Below are positions 14,443-27,203 of a DNA stretch of 64,000 bases, piece by piece. Numbering within the stretch: position 1 is the stretch's first letter; every line of letters begins with the position of its first letter. The translations under genes and the position numbers were made by a program. This DNA is from Podarcis vaucheri (taxonomy: Eukaryota), in assembly GCA_965113315.1 (NCBI GenBank), contig OZ220368.1; one strand, 5' to 3'. The notes beneath the pieces were generated by a model. The model saw nothing but the letters and a program-made list of their open reading frames with translations, did not search any database and was not told where the DNA came from.

Positions 14443-14637
14443 TTATGCACTATAAATATGCTTTAAATGGATGGTGTGATCACAGCTGAGAGAGAAGGTT
14501 TTACTCAACGCATACCTATGATATGAAAGTACAGCTGCCTTAGACTACCTAAGGAATTTGATTTGAAGGGTGGGCATCCAGGCTCATAGCACATCTTCTT
14601 TATGCACTGTGTCATGTTACCTGTTGAGGAAATAAAC

Positions 14638-14967
14638 CAGGGGTCTGCAACCCGCGGCTCCGGAGCCGCATGTGGCTCTTTTACACCTTTGCCGCGACTC
14701 CGGGGCGGATACTAGCGAGGGGAGGAGGCGCATTGTGTGCCCCGACACTCCCCACTGTGGCGGCGCTGTACTGGCTGTGATGTCGCATGGGGGCGGTGCA
14801 TGCGTTAGTCACGCACCATCCCAATGTCACCTTCCCGCCCGCTGTCAGATCGCGGCTCCGGAGATATATTTGTTTTAAATGTCGCAATGGTTTTGCGGCT
14901 CCCAGTTTTTTTCCCTTCGGAAACGGGTCCAAGTGGCTCTTTTTGTCTTAAAGGTTGCAGACCCCTA
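14638..14967. mobile_element. Non-autonomous hAT (Charlie-type) element, CpG-rich and probably young
   Basis: TIR CAGGGGTCTGCAACC...GGTTGCAGACCCCT, exact 8-bp TSD AAATAAAC. Confidence 0.9.
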
Positions 14968-16369
14968 AAATAAACCAAACAAATCAGTACACTGGGAAGA
15001 TGGGGGCAACTGGCTAGGTCACACACTGGAATAGAAAAGGAGCTAGATGCTATAATATATCACAAATTGAAAAATGAGTAATTAGACATTTGAAAGGGGC
15101 CTGTTTCCTGCTGAAGAAATCAAGCATCATTTTGCAATTTTTATCAAGAGAGATGTAGGCAGCACAACAGAAGATAGCAGTTCTGCTGCTTTGCTTGGCG
15201 CTGTTTGGGCCCTAGCCTCAGTAACATGAAGGCAATGAAATATCGCAAAGCTTGTAAGTCAAGATGGAAAGGTTTTGGTATTTGGCGGGCTTGTCTACAT
15301 TTTGCATTCCTTGGCTCAGCTACAGTAAGTGATTAAGAATTTAGATTATATACCAGACACCTGCAGCCAGAGATTTGCCCAGTTAATCTGAAGTAATATG
15401 CAAATTTCTGCCTTCCTCACTTTTTCACTGTTTTCAAAAACCGTCCTTTCTGCTCCAAGGCTTTGTATGATGAGGTTTCCTGCATCTCTCCTCTGCTTCC
15501 TTGATCGCATGACCTTCAGCCCTCACCCTCTCAATTCCAGTGCAACGTATCATCCATACATCTTGTGTGGGACTTTCCCCGTCTTCTTCCTTCCTCCATG
15601 AACCATACCCTCGGTTATTGTTCCTTGTAGGCTCTGTGTCTCCCTTACAGTAGACTGCACTTCTAATCCCAGGCTCTTGTGTGCAGTGTTCCCCCCATCT
15701 TCCGCCTTATTTTACCTCAACCACAACAACTTTGCATGGTTTTACATTCTACCTGCAGCAAGCATCCCTACAGGTTTCTAGGCCCTGCCTGATATTTTAT
15801 CCCTTCTGATTTCCCCACAACAGATGTATATACCAGTGCTGGTCACATCCAATGTTTAGCCATAAAATTATTTGAAAAGAGAGGATCAGGCAGACACCAT
15901 TAGATAGTTTGATTGTCATTCATCTTGCTTTGCCAAAGTAGGACTTAACTCTGTGCTCTCCTGCTTTAACTTATGGCCTTATTTGAACATTCATTACTCT
16001 TCTTTGGAATTCTCTGATTCACACTGAAAGCTGAAAAGGAATCTTATCCAAGACCACATCAAACAATTAATCCATTTTTCATTGCTGGTTTAGGACACTA
16101 AGCTCCAGGAATACTGTGTTCCCACAGTAAATTGGATTTAACCCTGTGGAGGAAGATACAAGTGAAATTAAAAGGGATATGCTAGACAGGTCTTTTAAAA
16201 TAAAAAATTGAAGATATGTCCCATCAGTATCATTATTAGGCTTCAGAGATACTCGGACTCATGAGTGCAACACGATTATTAACCCAACCCAGTGCTGGGC
16301 TATTCTGTGCCGTAGACAAAGCTAGCTACTTGCACTCCACAATTGTTTTAATTGCTAACTTCAGTGCTC

Positions 16370-17066
16370 AAAAACTGATGTCTTGTAGAAAAAAATGAAA
16401 AGCACAAAATTTGAAACTGCTAAATAATCATTGTGAATTGTGATGTTAAAATTTAAGTCTCTTAATAGTTTCAATTTCAGGCACATCAAAATCTCAATTT
16501 GTGTGCTTTTTCTTCTTGTGGTGGCATAAGCCTTGGAAGTCTTCGAGCTATTGCTGTAACTCCACAGCACAGAACTTCAGCGCCAATATCTTTGTTTCCA
16601 TTGTGCATCAGTGATTTTTCCAAATGCTTGCAGCTCTTAAGTACATCTTCAGTAGATATTTTGTTGATAGATACTGCATATACGATACAGGATGCCAAAT
16701 AGAGAATTATAGTGGAGCTGTTGTAGCTTGTATGGCCACGACTGAAACAACATAGTAGAAACCTACTTTGAATTTCTGCTTTGGTCCTCGCAGTGCCTTT
16801 TCTTGGGCCTCATACTCAAACTGCCATTTTTTTCTCCTTTTTCCTAACCTGTTCTGTCTCAAAGTTTGGTACTATTTCTAGCTCCTTTGTAATCTCAGTA
16901 ACATCTATCAAAACTTGTTGAAAACCCTCATCACACCTGGAGCCCACAAGGTAATTCCTGGTCACTTGCAGTTGCCCTTGTCACTGAATTTAAATCAGCT
17001 TCCTTATCTTATAGCATTTTGCTTGTGAGATTAACATGGAAAAGGATGTTGTAACATGCGATACCA
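16370..17066 (-). pseudogene. Degraded hAT transposase fragment (Tip100/Zaphod-like)
   Basis: minus-strand translation YNILFHVNLTSKML*DKEADL / RCDEGFQQVLIDVTEITKELEI / QFEYEAQE..PKQKFKVGFYY / CKHLEKSLMHNGNKDI, with stops and frameshifts. Confidence 0.75.
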
Positions 17067-18099
17067 CAAACTGTTTTATTTATTTATTTATATAGAACAT
17101 TTGTAGCTTGTTCTTTCACCCAAAAAAGCCTCCCAAGTGGTTTGCATAAAAACAAAACAAGACAATCGCTACCCACGGGTTTACGAGCTTACAAAAAGTG
17201 GCTTGCAAAAGGATGAATTGGCACAAACATCAGTTTGGGTGTTCCACAGATGGATATTTGCTCTGTGTTTTAGAGGAAGTATATGTCTGCATGCCAGTTG
17301 CCATCTTGTAGTACAAGAAATTAGGGGGCAGGTGGTCAGATCCCCCCAATTAGCCCAATGAGGATTGAGATTGCTTCGTGGCTGTGGAGGGAGGCCGGGA
17401 AATGGAAAACTAGGGTGGGGAATGGAATGCACTGGAGTGGGTGGAATGTTGAACAACAACACTGCACACTCCTAACATTTTGCTGCAGGTCCCATTTGTT
17501 GACTGTATGAGGCATCTGGACACAAAAATGGGAAATAACTGGAGACAGCTATCACCACCATGCTTTGCTTTGTGCCCTTTGTTGCCCTCAGGGGAAGGTT
17601 GTCACATTCCACTCAGGATTATGGTTTTGAACCAGAATTCTAAAGGGGAGTGACATTCAGAAAATACTGGGGGCGGTGGATTCTTTGGCACTGAAATTAG
17701 GTGAAGCAAAGTGTTACCTCTTTCCATCTTCAGGGAACTTCACAGACTTGCATGTGTTGCCATGAAGAGTGTGAGAGCTAAGAGTTTTAACTTAGTGGCA
17801 GACCACGTGCTTTGTATGAAAAATGGTTCAGTCCCTAGCATCTTCATGTAGGGCTGGAAAACACATCTTGGAGACCTGCTGTCAAGTCATTGTGGACCAC
17901 AGCAGGGCAGCCAAGTGCAGCCCATTGCTGCTGTCAGTATGGTCCATACTGAGAGCATACAAAGAGAACCCTGCCTTTAAAAAAATTCTGTGTTAGAACT
18001 GCTGGGGAGTTCAGACTTTAACCTCCCTGGTAATCCCAAGCAGCTGGGGGGTACTTAAAAATGGGGGGGGGGGCAGCCTAGGAGATCTGGCCCTGCTCA

Positions 18100-18671
18100 C
18101 GTCAGGAGCTGGAGTCTAGCGTGAGTCAGCAATCAAAGAAAAACGCAGTGTCAGTGAAGTTAACTCTTTATTCAAAAAACCAAAACGGCACAGGCCTAGT
18201 GATCCCAGCAACTCTTCCCAGTAGGCCTGCTCCAACAAGTTGCAAGGATTGAAGATCCCTGCTTTTCCACCACTCTCTAAGGCTCCCCCTTTCCAGTGTC
18301 TTTCCCAAGTAGTCACGAACAGCACCAGCACACAACCCCCCTCTTCATTTCTCTGCGTGTTCTAGGAGACTAGGGGGAAGCTTGCAGCAGGAGGGGAGAC
18401 TCCCTGGCTTCTTCAGCAGCCTGCCCCTCACTCTCCTGGCCCCTTTCCCCTCCAGCTTCAGAGTTGGAACTGCCCTCTGCCACAGCCTCTTCCTGCTCAC
18501 CAAACCCTGTTACCTCTTCTGCTTCTGGCACCACCTCCTAGTCTGCTCCTTTCCTCCGCTTGGCAGCTCATCGTCATCCTACCACCAATCCCCTGGCTCT
18601 GAGCCTTCTTCCCCTGAGGTGCTCCAGCTGGTGCCTCCCACCACTCCTATGCATCCAGCCAGTCTGTGAAA
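18100..18671 (-). mobile_element. Probable solo LTR
   Basis: termini cGTCA...TGAaA (degenerate TGTCA...TGACA), 5-bp flanks GCTCA/GCCCA, minus-strand AATAAA near 18167. Confidence 0.45.
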
Positions 18672-19490
18672 GCCCAGCACTAGGTGCAGCCCTGCCCATT
18701 ATATGTGGCCCTGGACACCCACCCGCTGCTGCATGTGGCCCTCAGGAACAAAAAGGTTGCCCATTCTTGGTCCAGGCAATACTGAGCTAGATGCACCAAG
18801 GGTACAAGGTGCATTCCTAACTTTATCCTAGCTAAAAGCTCCCTTGGGATGGGAGAGAGTGAGTTACATAAATAAACAAGATGAAATGGAACCAAGCCCA
18901 AGAATGGCTTGGCAGTGCCATATGAGTCAGCACCCAGCCTACTCCAAAGAGTTGGGAGCAAAGCCCATGACCTTAGTGTGCCCCATTGTGTGGGAGTGTG
19001 CTTTGGCAAAGCCTGGAAGACTGAAGCCTTTGTAAGTGGAGGCTTCAGAACAAAGCCCTGCCTTCATGAGTTGTTTTGACTCTTCCTCTCCCATTGTTTG
19101 CTCGCTTCATGCTAGACCTTTAGCATTGATTTCCATGGTTGTGGTTCTCTGTGTGCCATAATGGGGAGAGCTGCTGAAAGCGGGCAGCCTCGGTAGACTG
19201 TTTGACACAGCTGTCTTTTGAACTTTAGCAACCAAGCCTTTCCATTTTATTCTGATCTCTGCTCAGAGTCACACTCTTGATTTCTGGAATGACTCTAAAG
19301 CAGGGACTGATGGGTTCTTTCTCTCATCACTGATTACCTATTCTTTATTGGCAAAGGTAGGGATGCGGCAGGCTTCCTGTACAATGGATGGGATTAGACA
19401 TTTTCTATTGTGGGAAATATTAGATAGACTAAGCAGGCAGCAGGTTGCATTTCCCGACAGTTGCTAAGTTTTCCTAGAATAAGTTTAGAG

Positions 19491-19622
19491 CAGTTTCCCC
19501 CAACCTAGTGCCTTTCAGATTCCCCCACCATGATTATAAATCCCATCAGCGTATCCAGTCACCAGGGATGATGGGAGTTGTGGTCCAACAACATCTGGAA
19601 GGCACCAGATTAGGGAAGGCTG
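19491..19622. mobile_element. Palindromic hAT MITE (ACTACA...CCCA family), older copy; further degenerate copies ~170-295, 25625-25730, 58555-58693, 60795-60876
   Basis: CAG...CTG ends, TSD GTTTAGAG/GTCTAGAG, GATGATGGGAGTTGTGGTCC arm. Confidence 0.75.
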
Positions 19623-20851
19623 GTCTAGAGAAACAAGCAATATTTTCAAAATGTGCCTGCCCTATGTATTTTGGGGCCTATTTATATCTCTGGACCTCCA
19701 TTACCTCTAAAACGTCACTACCACCAGCTGATGGGGTTGTGCAATTGCATGTTAAGCGCTGAACTTGGCTTTTGGCAGACCACCTAAAAGATGAATTAGC
19801 AGTAACATATCAAAAGATGAATTTAGCCTGTGGCAATGCAGCGACACAAATGGCAACATAACTGGGAGTCAGGATGGGCTGGCAGAAAAAAGGACTGGCA
19901 CAAGCTGAAAAGGTCATATTACTGACTAGGCTGCAGTTCCACCAGATGCTTGGAACTGTGTGTGGAGCAGATTTGTATGTGGAGGTTAAGCACTACTTAG
20001 CGGCAAGCTAATTTCCCATGAAGCTCTAGTTTGGCCTTCCCAATTACAGTATGCTTTAAAAAATAAGTTGTCCACCAGTCTAAACCTATAATAGGTGTGT
20101 GTACACTGGGGAATGGAACATAGGAAGCTGCCTTACCCTGAGCCAGATCTAACTCAGTACTGCCCGCACTGGCTGGCAGTGGCTCTCCAGAGTTTCAGGC
20201 AGGAGGATTGAACTTTGGACCTTCTGCATGCAAACAAGATGCTCCACCACCGAGCTACACACTGAATGGAAAGCCCTTGTGACCATCATGGAGCGCAGCA
20301 TTCTAAATGTGCAAGGGAGGACTGTCATCATGTCTAATCACTCCACACAGTATCAATACCTCTAGCTACATATTTTTCCCATTCTTTGTTAGCCTTTCCA
20401 GTCTGTTTTCCTCTGTTTTCTCTTCCACTAACAAACTTGTAAACTGTTGGAAGTGCTGCAGAGATCATCTAGTTTGTACTCTGTTTTATTTAAGAAACTT
20501 TGCTAACAGAAGCACCTCAAGGCAGGACCTTATGTCTTTGACTTATGCTGTAAACTCCCATGTATGCTGATGGCACAATATATACAGTATATGAATATTT
20601 GATCTGGCAGCTGTCTTTCCTGAATGACAAGGTGAATCAGCAGCAGAGGTTATCGTATGTTTTTATTGTCTTCTCTCCCTCTCCCTCCCTGGTCTCTTTC
20701 CCACTTACTCTTTAACACTTGGTTCTTTTTTGTCTGATTACCAACCCATATTATAGTTCTGGAACCAGAGTCTTGGATACTCTAATCAGAATGTTCCATT
20801 TGTACTATGTTGTCATATACTTATTCATTGCATCTCTTCGTTGCCCTTCAG

Positions 20852-20974
20852 ATGTCGATGAATGTAGCATCAACCGAGGAGGCTGCAAATTTGGCTGTAT
20901 AAACACCCCTGGCAGCTATGAATGTACTTGCCCTGCTGGGTGCAAACTTCATTGGAATAAAAAGGATTGCATAG
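20852..20974 (+). CDS. SCUBE3: SCUBE3 exon, last EGF ([41 protein letters not shown])
   Basis: ttcag acceptor, G|gtgagt donor, 123 nt. Confidence 0.95.
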
Positions 20975-21595
20975 GTGAGTGTAGAAAAGGGCTGAGGTCA
21001 TGCTGCCCTCCAGAGGCAGAATGTATTTCAGCAGGCAATGTTCTAGCTGAGGACAAAATTACTGTAGTAGCTGAACAGAGAACAAGGAGACTAATTTTAA
21101 TGTGGCATTGTTGTATGGCACTGTTTTGATAGTTTAAATTCTGATGCTGTTAAAAACCACAAAGTTATTAATGAGAATTCCACACGCTGGCCTGGTGCTG
21201 TGTGATTGCCAGTAATGCAAAACTTCTCACCATGCTGTGGTTTATTGAGAGGAGTGAGATTGCAGAATAGGCAACCACAACATTTTGCTCAAACACAGAA
21301 AACTAGCTTAAGTTTTGCAGAAATGTGTTGAACATTCCCATGTGTTTTTTTTCTGCAATACAATAAAACCTAGCAGAGGCATGTCCAAAAATGAAATATG
21401 AGATTCTTAAACAGCTGTCACAGAATCTGTGTTTGGAAATTCAGGCATTCTTAATTTTTAGCAGATTCTGCTCTTGCTGGTCCAGTAGTGACCCTGCATG
21501 CTTTTAGACTTTATTCCTTCAGCAGTGAGCTGAAAAACTCAGTACAACACATGCAGAGAAGTTGCTGTAGCAGATACAAGTGGAAACAGTAGTAC

Positions 21596-21634
<39 letters not shown>
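21596..21634. repeat. (AGT)n microsatellite
   Basis: direct. Confidence 0.95.
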
Positions 21635-21636
<2 letters not shown>

Positions 21637-21777
21637 ACTAATGCTTATTTACTTCCACTGGAGAACAAGGTTTGGCTTTGCACTGTAGCCATCCCAATAT
21701 TTGTGTGCTCTTTTTAAAATTACACCATCTCATCTGCATATTGCTGTCATTGCTGTCTGTTGTTGCTTGTTCTTCAG

Positions 21778-21894
21778 AGCTGGTGATATGTTTGGCTGGC
21801 GCAGTATCTCCACGAGCCACGCTTACCTGCAACAAGAATGGCAAGAAGGACAGCTGCTCCCTCACCTGTGCCTCTAAGGCTCGCTTTCTGCCTG
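21778..21894 (+). CDS. SCUBE3: SCUBE3 exon, spacer (ELVICLAGAVSPRATLTCNKNGKKDSCSLTCASKARFLP)
   Basis: ttcag acceptor, G|gtaggt donor, 117 nt; similar to recalled human GKKDTCALTCPSRARFLP. Confidence 0.92.
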
Positions 21895-22795
21895 GTAGGT
21901 GCACCAATCTGCCACTCCTTCACCCCAGGAAATTTAATAGCTTCAGATGCAAGAAGCTGCAATATTTGGAGGCTTGTGGGCATTGTGCATAACAGGGTCC
22001 CATAATGGCACCATTAGGTCCAGTCATAGCCGACTCTGGAGTTGTGGCACTCATCTCACTTTATTAGACAAGGGAGCTTCCAGGCTCTTGCTACTGGGTT
22101 TTTAATCTTCTGTCCCCTTTGCTCTCATTTTTCTACTGCATTTGAAGCCTTATTCAATTCCATTCCTCAGTCCTATGGCCTGTTCCCTTTTTTATCCCCA
22201 CATAAGCTCTTGGAGGTTTTTGGCTTTGATTTTAGTGGCACTTGCAGGAGGAGGAACAGTTGACAAAGAACTAGGATGTGAATGGAGGTTATTTGTGCTT
22301 CTTTAGTATAGCACTTAACCCATGTGCAGGGCCATCATCAGTACTTAGTATCCTTGGGCAACTGCCAAGGCCCTGATACGCTAACAGAGCCCACCACTGA
22401 TGTTGTGGTCCTGTCCATAAGGTGTTCACCTGATTCGAAAGGGGACATAAGTTGTCACATTAGCTTAAGGATGTAAGCTTGCAGAATGGGAACTCTCCCC
22501 CTCTCCTACCACTGTGTGCACCCCATGCTCTTCCCAATTCTCCCCTGGAGGGTTGTGGAACCCTTTAAAACAGATTTAGGGGGTACATGGGAGGTGATGG
22601 ATGGGGACGTTTCATTGCTGCTTTCATCCATATGATTGATGGGCAAGATCAGGCTTGGGCTAATCTTTCAAAAATACATTTGGGGTTTGGGTTGGGCTGG
22701 GCTGGGCTTGCAAATGCAGGCCCATGCAGGCATACATTTAGAAATATCTGGCCACAGGCCTCCGCTGATTACAACTTGATTCATTCTCTTTGCAG

Positions 22796-22888
22796 AGTCT
22801 GACAATAGCTACACAGTGAGCTGCGGTACCCCAATATTGCGGCAGGGACCTCCACAGAGGCCCAGCAATGTCAGCCATCCCTGTGTTG
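22796..22888 (+). CDS. SCUBE3: SCUBE3 exon, spacer (ESDNSYTVSCGTPILRQGPPQRPSNVSHPCV)
   Basis: tgcag acceptor, G|gtaagt donor, 93 nt, frame continuous. Confidence 0.9.
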
Positions 22889-22972
22889 GTAAGTTTGGCC
22901 TCCTGAGTCCTCAGGGCTCCTCCCGAGACTCGCTTGACTCCCCTGATACTTAGCACCTGCCTTTTCTTTTAG

Positions 22973-23089
22973 AGACTGTCGCTGCTCCAATCAAACAAAA
23001 GGCTTCCTTCAAAATCAAGGATGCTAAATGTCACCTGCACCCACGCATGAAAGGCAAGCAGGATGAGGTGGGCAGGAATGCTGCACTAG
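22973..23089 (+). CDS. SCUBE3: SCUBE3 exon, spacer ([39 protein letters not shown])
   Basis: tttag acceptor after an 84-nt intron, G|gtgagg donor, [10 protein letters not shown] motif. Confidence 0.92.
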
Positions 23090-23730
23090 GTGAGGTACTC
23101 CCTCCTTTGTATGTCTTCTCAAAGTCTTCCCTTGGGGCTGTTTTCAGTCCTAAGTCTTGTATGTCACGAAAGCAGCTCTCTGGATTTAGCCTGCAGTCTT
23201 TGTAAGCATTCTCTTGTGTTGCTTTTAAGGACCAGGGAACTGTGCTTTCCACATTTGCCATAGTTGCATACTGCAACTATTAAAAACCAGGCACACACAG
23301 AGGGAGCTTGAGGTTCTGGGAGTCAAGTCTTCCTGCACTCACTCATGGGCATGTGGTTGGGAAGCTGTGGAATAGCTGAGGCTTTTATGCCTTTGAATGT
23401 GTGAGAGCCCAGAAGCAGAAAAGAGAGGATAGAAGGATGAAAAGAACCCTAAGCATGGGGGCCCTCCCCTCCACAGAGGATGATGTAGTGCGGAGGAAAA
23501 AACTGATAGCAATAACACCACGGATGGCTGTGTGGGATTGTATCACTGGGAAGTCATGCCTGAGAAAGTGCCTTAGCTAGTGTGGGGAGGGTATGGGAGT
23601 AAAACGATGAGCTTCCTGTCACGGGATAAAGGAAAGAAGCCCTGCTTGGTTGTCACAGAGGAAAATGCCTGTCAGGATTTCAGAGAGATCTTGCTTGGAG
23701 GATATTAACACCGCGCCCCATCTTTCCTAG

Positions 23731-23892
23731 GTGGGGCAGCCCCTTGCTCAGATTGCCAGGTGACATTTGTGAACTTAAAGTGTGATTCATCCAAGAAGGG
23801 CAAAGGACGCCGTGCTCGCAACTCCCCCAACAAGGAGGTGACTCGCATCACGTTGGAGTTTGAAGCTGAAATCAAGCCCGAAGAAATTACAG
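23731..23892 (+). CDS. SCUBE3: SCUBE3 exon, spacer with basic KKGKGRRAR (furin-type) motif
   Basis: cctag acceptor, G|gtagag donor, 162 nt; [46 protein letters not shown]. Confidence 0.93.
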
Positions 23893-24618
23893 GTAGAGGA
23901 GGTGACTGAGAAAGCTTGGCTTTCCCCTCAGGAATAGGGGACAACATCACAGAGTAATATGAGGAAGAGACCTCATGTTCCAGGAACACCCATCTCAGAA
24001 GAGAGTACAAGAGAAGGACTGGTGGACCCAACTTTCCTAGATATTGTTAAAAGATTGTTTAGAAAAGGCAATGTCTTGTTTTACTTATGCATACACACAC
24101 TGTCATAAATATATACATACACAAATTCATTGAAATTAATGGACGTGATTACTAGCTTAGGCCCATTCATTTTAGTGGGTATACTTAGTTGGATGCAACT
24201 TTATAATATGATGAGTTCTTTAGTTCACAACATCTGGGGGGGGTGGGGCGATGAGGTTGAGGAAATTTGAAATATATGAAGCTTCCCTTTTCTGACTCAG
24301 ACCACTGGTCCGATTTATCCAGCATGGTGCACTCTGATTGGAAGTTGTTCTGCTGGGCCTCAGACAGAGGTCCTTCCCTGTTCCACTACCTGAGATCCTG
24401 TTAACTGAGGAGGCCTGGGATTTCAGCCAGAATCTTCCGCATGTAAAACATGTGCTGTACTATTGAACTATGGCCACTCCCCTAGCATGAGACTGGAATA
24501 GATTATGCTGATTTAACAGCAGCTGGAAATAAAAAGGGACATAAGGTTGTCTTTGGAAATGGGGTTTCTTCTTCCTAGTGCTACGTTAAACAGCACAGTC
24601 TCATTCCCTCATCTCCAG

Positions 24619-24822
24619 CCAGCTGCAATCTGAACTGTGTGCGGCAGAAGGTTGAGAAAAAACTGAAATCAGCAATCAAAGCACTGAAGAAATCCATAAA
24701 CCAGGAGCGATTCCTGATCCGCTTTTCAGGGATGGAATACGAAGTGGCACGGAAGCTGAGCATGACTCCCGAGAGGCAGGAGAGCTGTGGGCCGGGACAG
24801 GAGAGACTGGGACCTAAGTGTG
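24619..24822 (+). CDS. SCUBE3: SCUBE3 exon, end of spacer (SCNLNCVRQKVEKKLKSAIKALKKSINQERFLIRFSGMEYEVARK...GPKC)
   Basis: tccag acceptor, G|gtaagg donor, 204 nt. Confidence 0.93.
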
Positions 24823-25134
24823 GTAAGGAAACAACCTGAATTGGTTGGGGGTGAGGAAAGGAAGAGTAAAAGAACCATTTGCATATTAACTGCAAGCCTT
24901 TAGTGCTGCACTGCTGCTCTGATGCCATTGCTGCCAACTCTAACATCTATGGCAGCCACATGTGCTTACCGACAATAGATACAGTTCCTGTGCTCATTCT
25001 TTTGAGGGCCTGAGCTGTATTATTGTAACCTGGGCAAGGAGAGATCCCGGGGTCTCTGTCCTACAAGAAAGACAAGGGTTATCTTGGGCATGGTCTTGGC
25101 ACATGTGTCACTAGCGCTTTTGCCTCTCTCTTAG

Positions 25135-25296
25135 TTAGCTGCCTGCAAGGAACGTATTACCATGGTCAGATGGAGCAGTGTGTCCCTTGCCCTCCAGGGA
25201 CCTACCAGGAGAAAGAAGGCCAGCTCTCCTGTGACCTTTGCCCTGGAAGTGATGCTTATGGGCCAGCTGGAGCAACAAATATAAGCGCCTGTGCAG
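25135..25296 (+). CDS. SCUBE3: SCUBE3 exon, cysteine-rich repeat 1 ([39 protein letters not shown])
   Basis: cttag acceptor, G|gtacag donor, 162 nt. Confidence 0.94.
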
Positions 25297-26421
25297 GTAC
25301 AGGGATGAGCTGAAAGGTACTCTAAACCTATAGCTGAGGTCCAATACCCTAGGACACTTGATAACCCGTCCCAGAGTAGCCAACAGTAGCTCTCGGAACT
25401 AGAATGAATTAGTGGCCACAGCAAAGGGAATGGAATTGATCACACCCACACAAAAATAGTACTGCAGTGATACCTGCGCTTTCCCTTCCACACCAAAGAA
25501 TGGCAACTAGTTCATACGTATTGGCCCTAAACACAACATTTACAAGAGGCCTAGGATGGTGGTTTTGTATGTAAGTAACTGGCATGGTAGCCACTTCCAG
25601 CTTTGATTCATTTCTGCACCCTTCGCACAACCTAAGGACCTCCAGATCTTTGAGCTACAGTTCCCTTCATCCTTCACCATTGGCTGAGCTGATGGGAACT
25701 ATAGACAAAATATCTGGAGGTGAAGGCTGACTACAGCAGTATCTCAGTGTTCCCTCAGAAAAGGGCCCCAAAGATAACTGCCAGATTGTGCGCAAGATGC
25801 TTTGCTTCCCCTCTAGCATTCCTCCTGCCCTGTCACTCTGGAGCCAGTTCCACTTTGAAGTATAGAAAAAGCTACAGAGGCTACAGCTGCTCATATGTTC
25901 TAAACTGTTTCCTAATTCCCCAACTAATGACAGGAAAACAGCTGTTGCCATTGATTGCACTCAGAAGTAGGGCAGGACGGGCAGCTCGGAGGTGCACCTA
26001 TTATTGCCGTGCCTGGTGGTTACTCTTATATGGCAAACTTTATTTAACGTAATTTGTTAAATAAAGAATCTGGGCTTGTGAAGCTGCAGCCATGGGGTAG
26101 TTCAGCTTCATGACCCATTTCTTCCAAATCTGTTTACGTATTTATTTTGGGGAAAATTCTTCACATCCAGGACTTGGATAAATGGATCCGATTGTGGCGT
26201 TTCTCCTTCATACCATGGGCATTATCACATTCCAGTACAGAGGCAGAAAGGTTGCCCTAGGCAATTTCTGGGATGGCCAACGGTTCTCATGGTGCTCTCA
26301 CATGGCTCAGTTATATTATAGTGCATGTTGCATGCTGCTGGTACATTAGAAGCAATGTGTATAGGGAGGCAATACTTAATCTGGACCAATGAGTATCTCT
26401 TTTCTCCTGCATGGCCCACAG

Positions 26422-26589
26422 GTCAGTGCCCCCCCGGCCAGTACTCTGTAGACGGTTTCAAACCCTGCCAACCATGTCCACGTGGCACCTACCAACCTGA
26501 AGCAGGCCGAGCTCTGTGCTTCCACTGTGGCGGGGGACTGAACACTAAACATGATGGAGCTTTCTCCTTCCAGGACTGTGATACCAAAG
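26422..26589 (+). CDS. SCUBE3: SCUBE3 exon, cysteine-rich repeat 2 ([39 protein letters not shown]...DCDTK)
   Basis: cacag acceptor, G|gtatgc donor, 168 nt. Confidence 0.95.
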
Positions 26590-26859
26590 GTATGCTTGGG
26601 GCAACAGCACTGTATAAGACAGGGATGAGGAACCTCAGGCTTGGGGACCAGATGTGGCCCTCCAGACCTCTCTGTATGGCCCTCGGGCCTCACCCTATGC
26701 CGCATCTCTCACTGCCCTGATTTGCACTCAGTTTGAGTGTTGTTGCCTGGCTGGAACAAGTCCTTAAACTCTGGTAATGTGTCTTCCTTGACTGGATGGA
26801 AGACAAAGAGGTGTGTGTAAAGAAACTAGCTAAGAATAAATCATGCTAATGCTTCAGAA

Positions 26860-27085
26860 TGTTCAGTAACCCACCAGGAAGTCCCAGGTTGAATCTTGCC
26901 TTTGGCATGAACTCACCAGGTGGCCTAAAGCAAGCTACCGTTAGCCCCAGCCCTTCCTATCTGAAATATGGGGGGTTATAATGCTGACTGTGACCTTTCA
27001 GGATTGTTCTGAACATTACAACTAGATAGCCTATGGGAAGTACTTTGGACACTTAAAAGTGCCGTACAAATTTTTAAGTATTATA
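26860..27085 (+). mobile_element. Old MIR/CORE-like SINE
   Basis: core-like TTCCTATCTGAAATATGGGG...CAGGATTGTT and AT-rich tail. Confidence 0.5.
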
Positions 27086-27203
27086 TTAATATCAATATGG
27101 TAATAAATGGAATCCCTGTATTACAAGGGATTTCATATGTCAGATGGTTAAAAAAACATATTTAGGACTAATGTACATTTTGTCAGGAGGCAGAAAGAGA
27201 GGT

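Noticed and set aside
16370-17066. Domesticated transposase gene nested in SCUBE3
   Set aside because: Multiple stops and frameshifts, no long ORF
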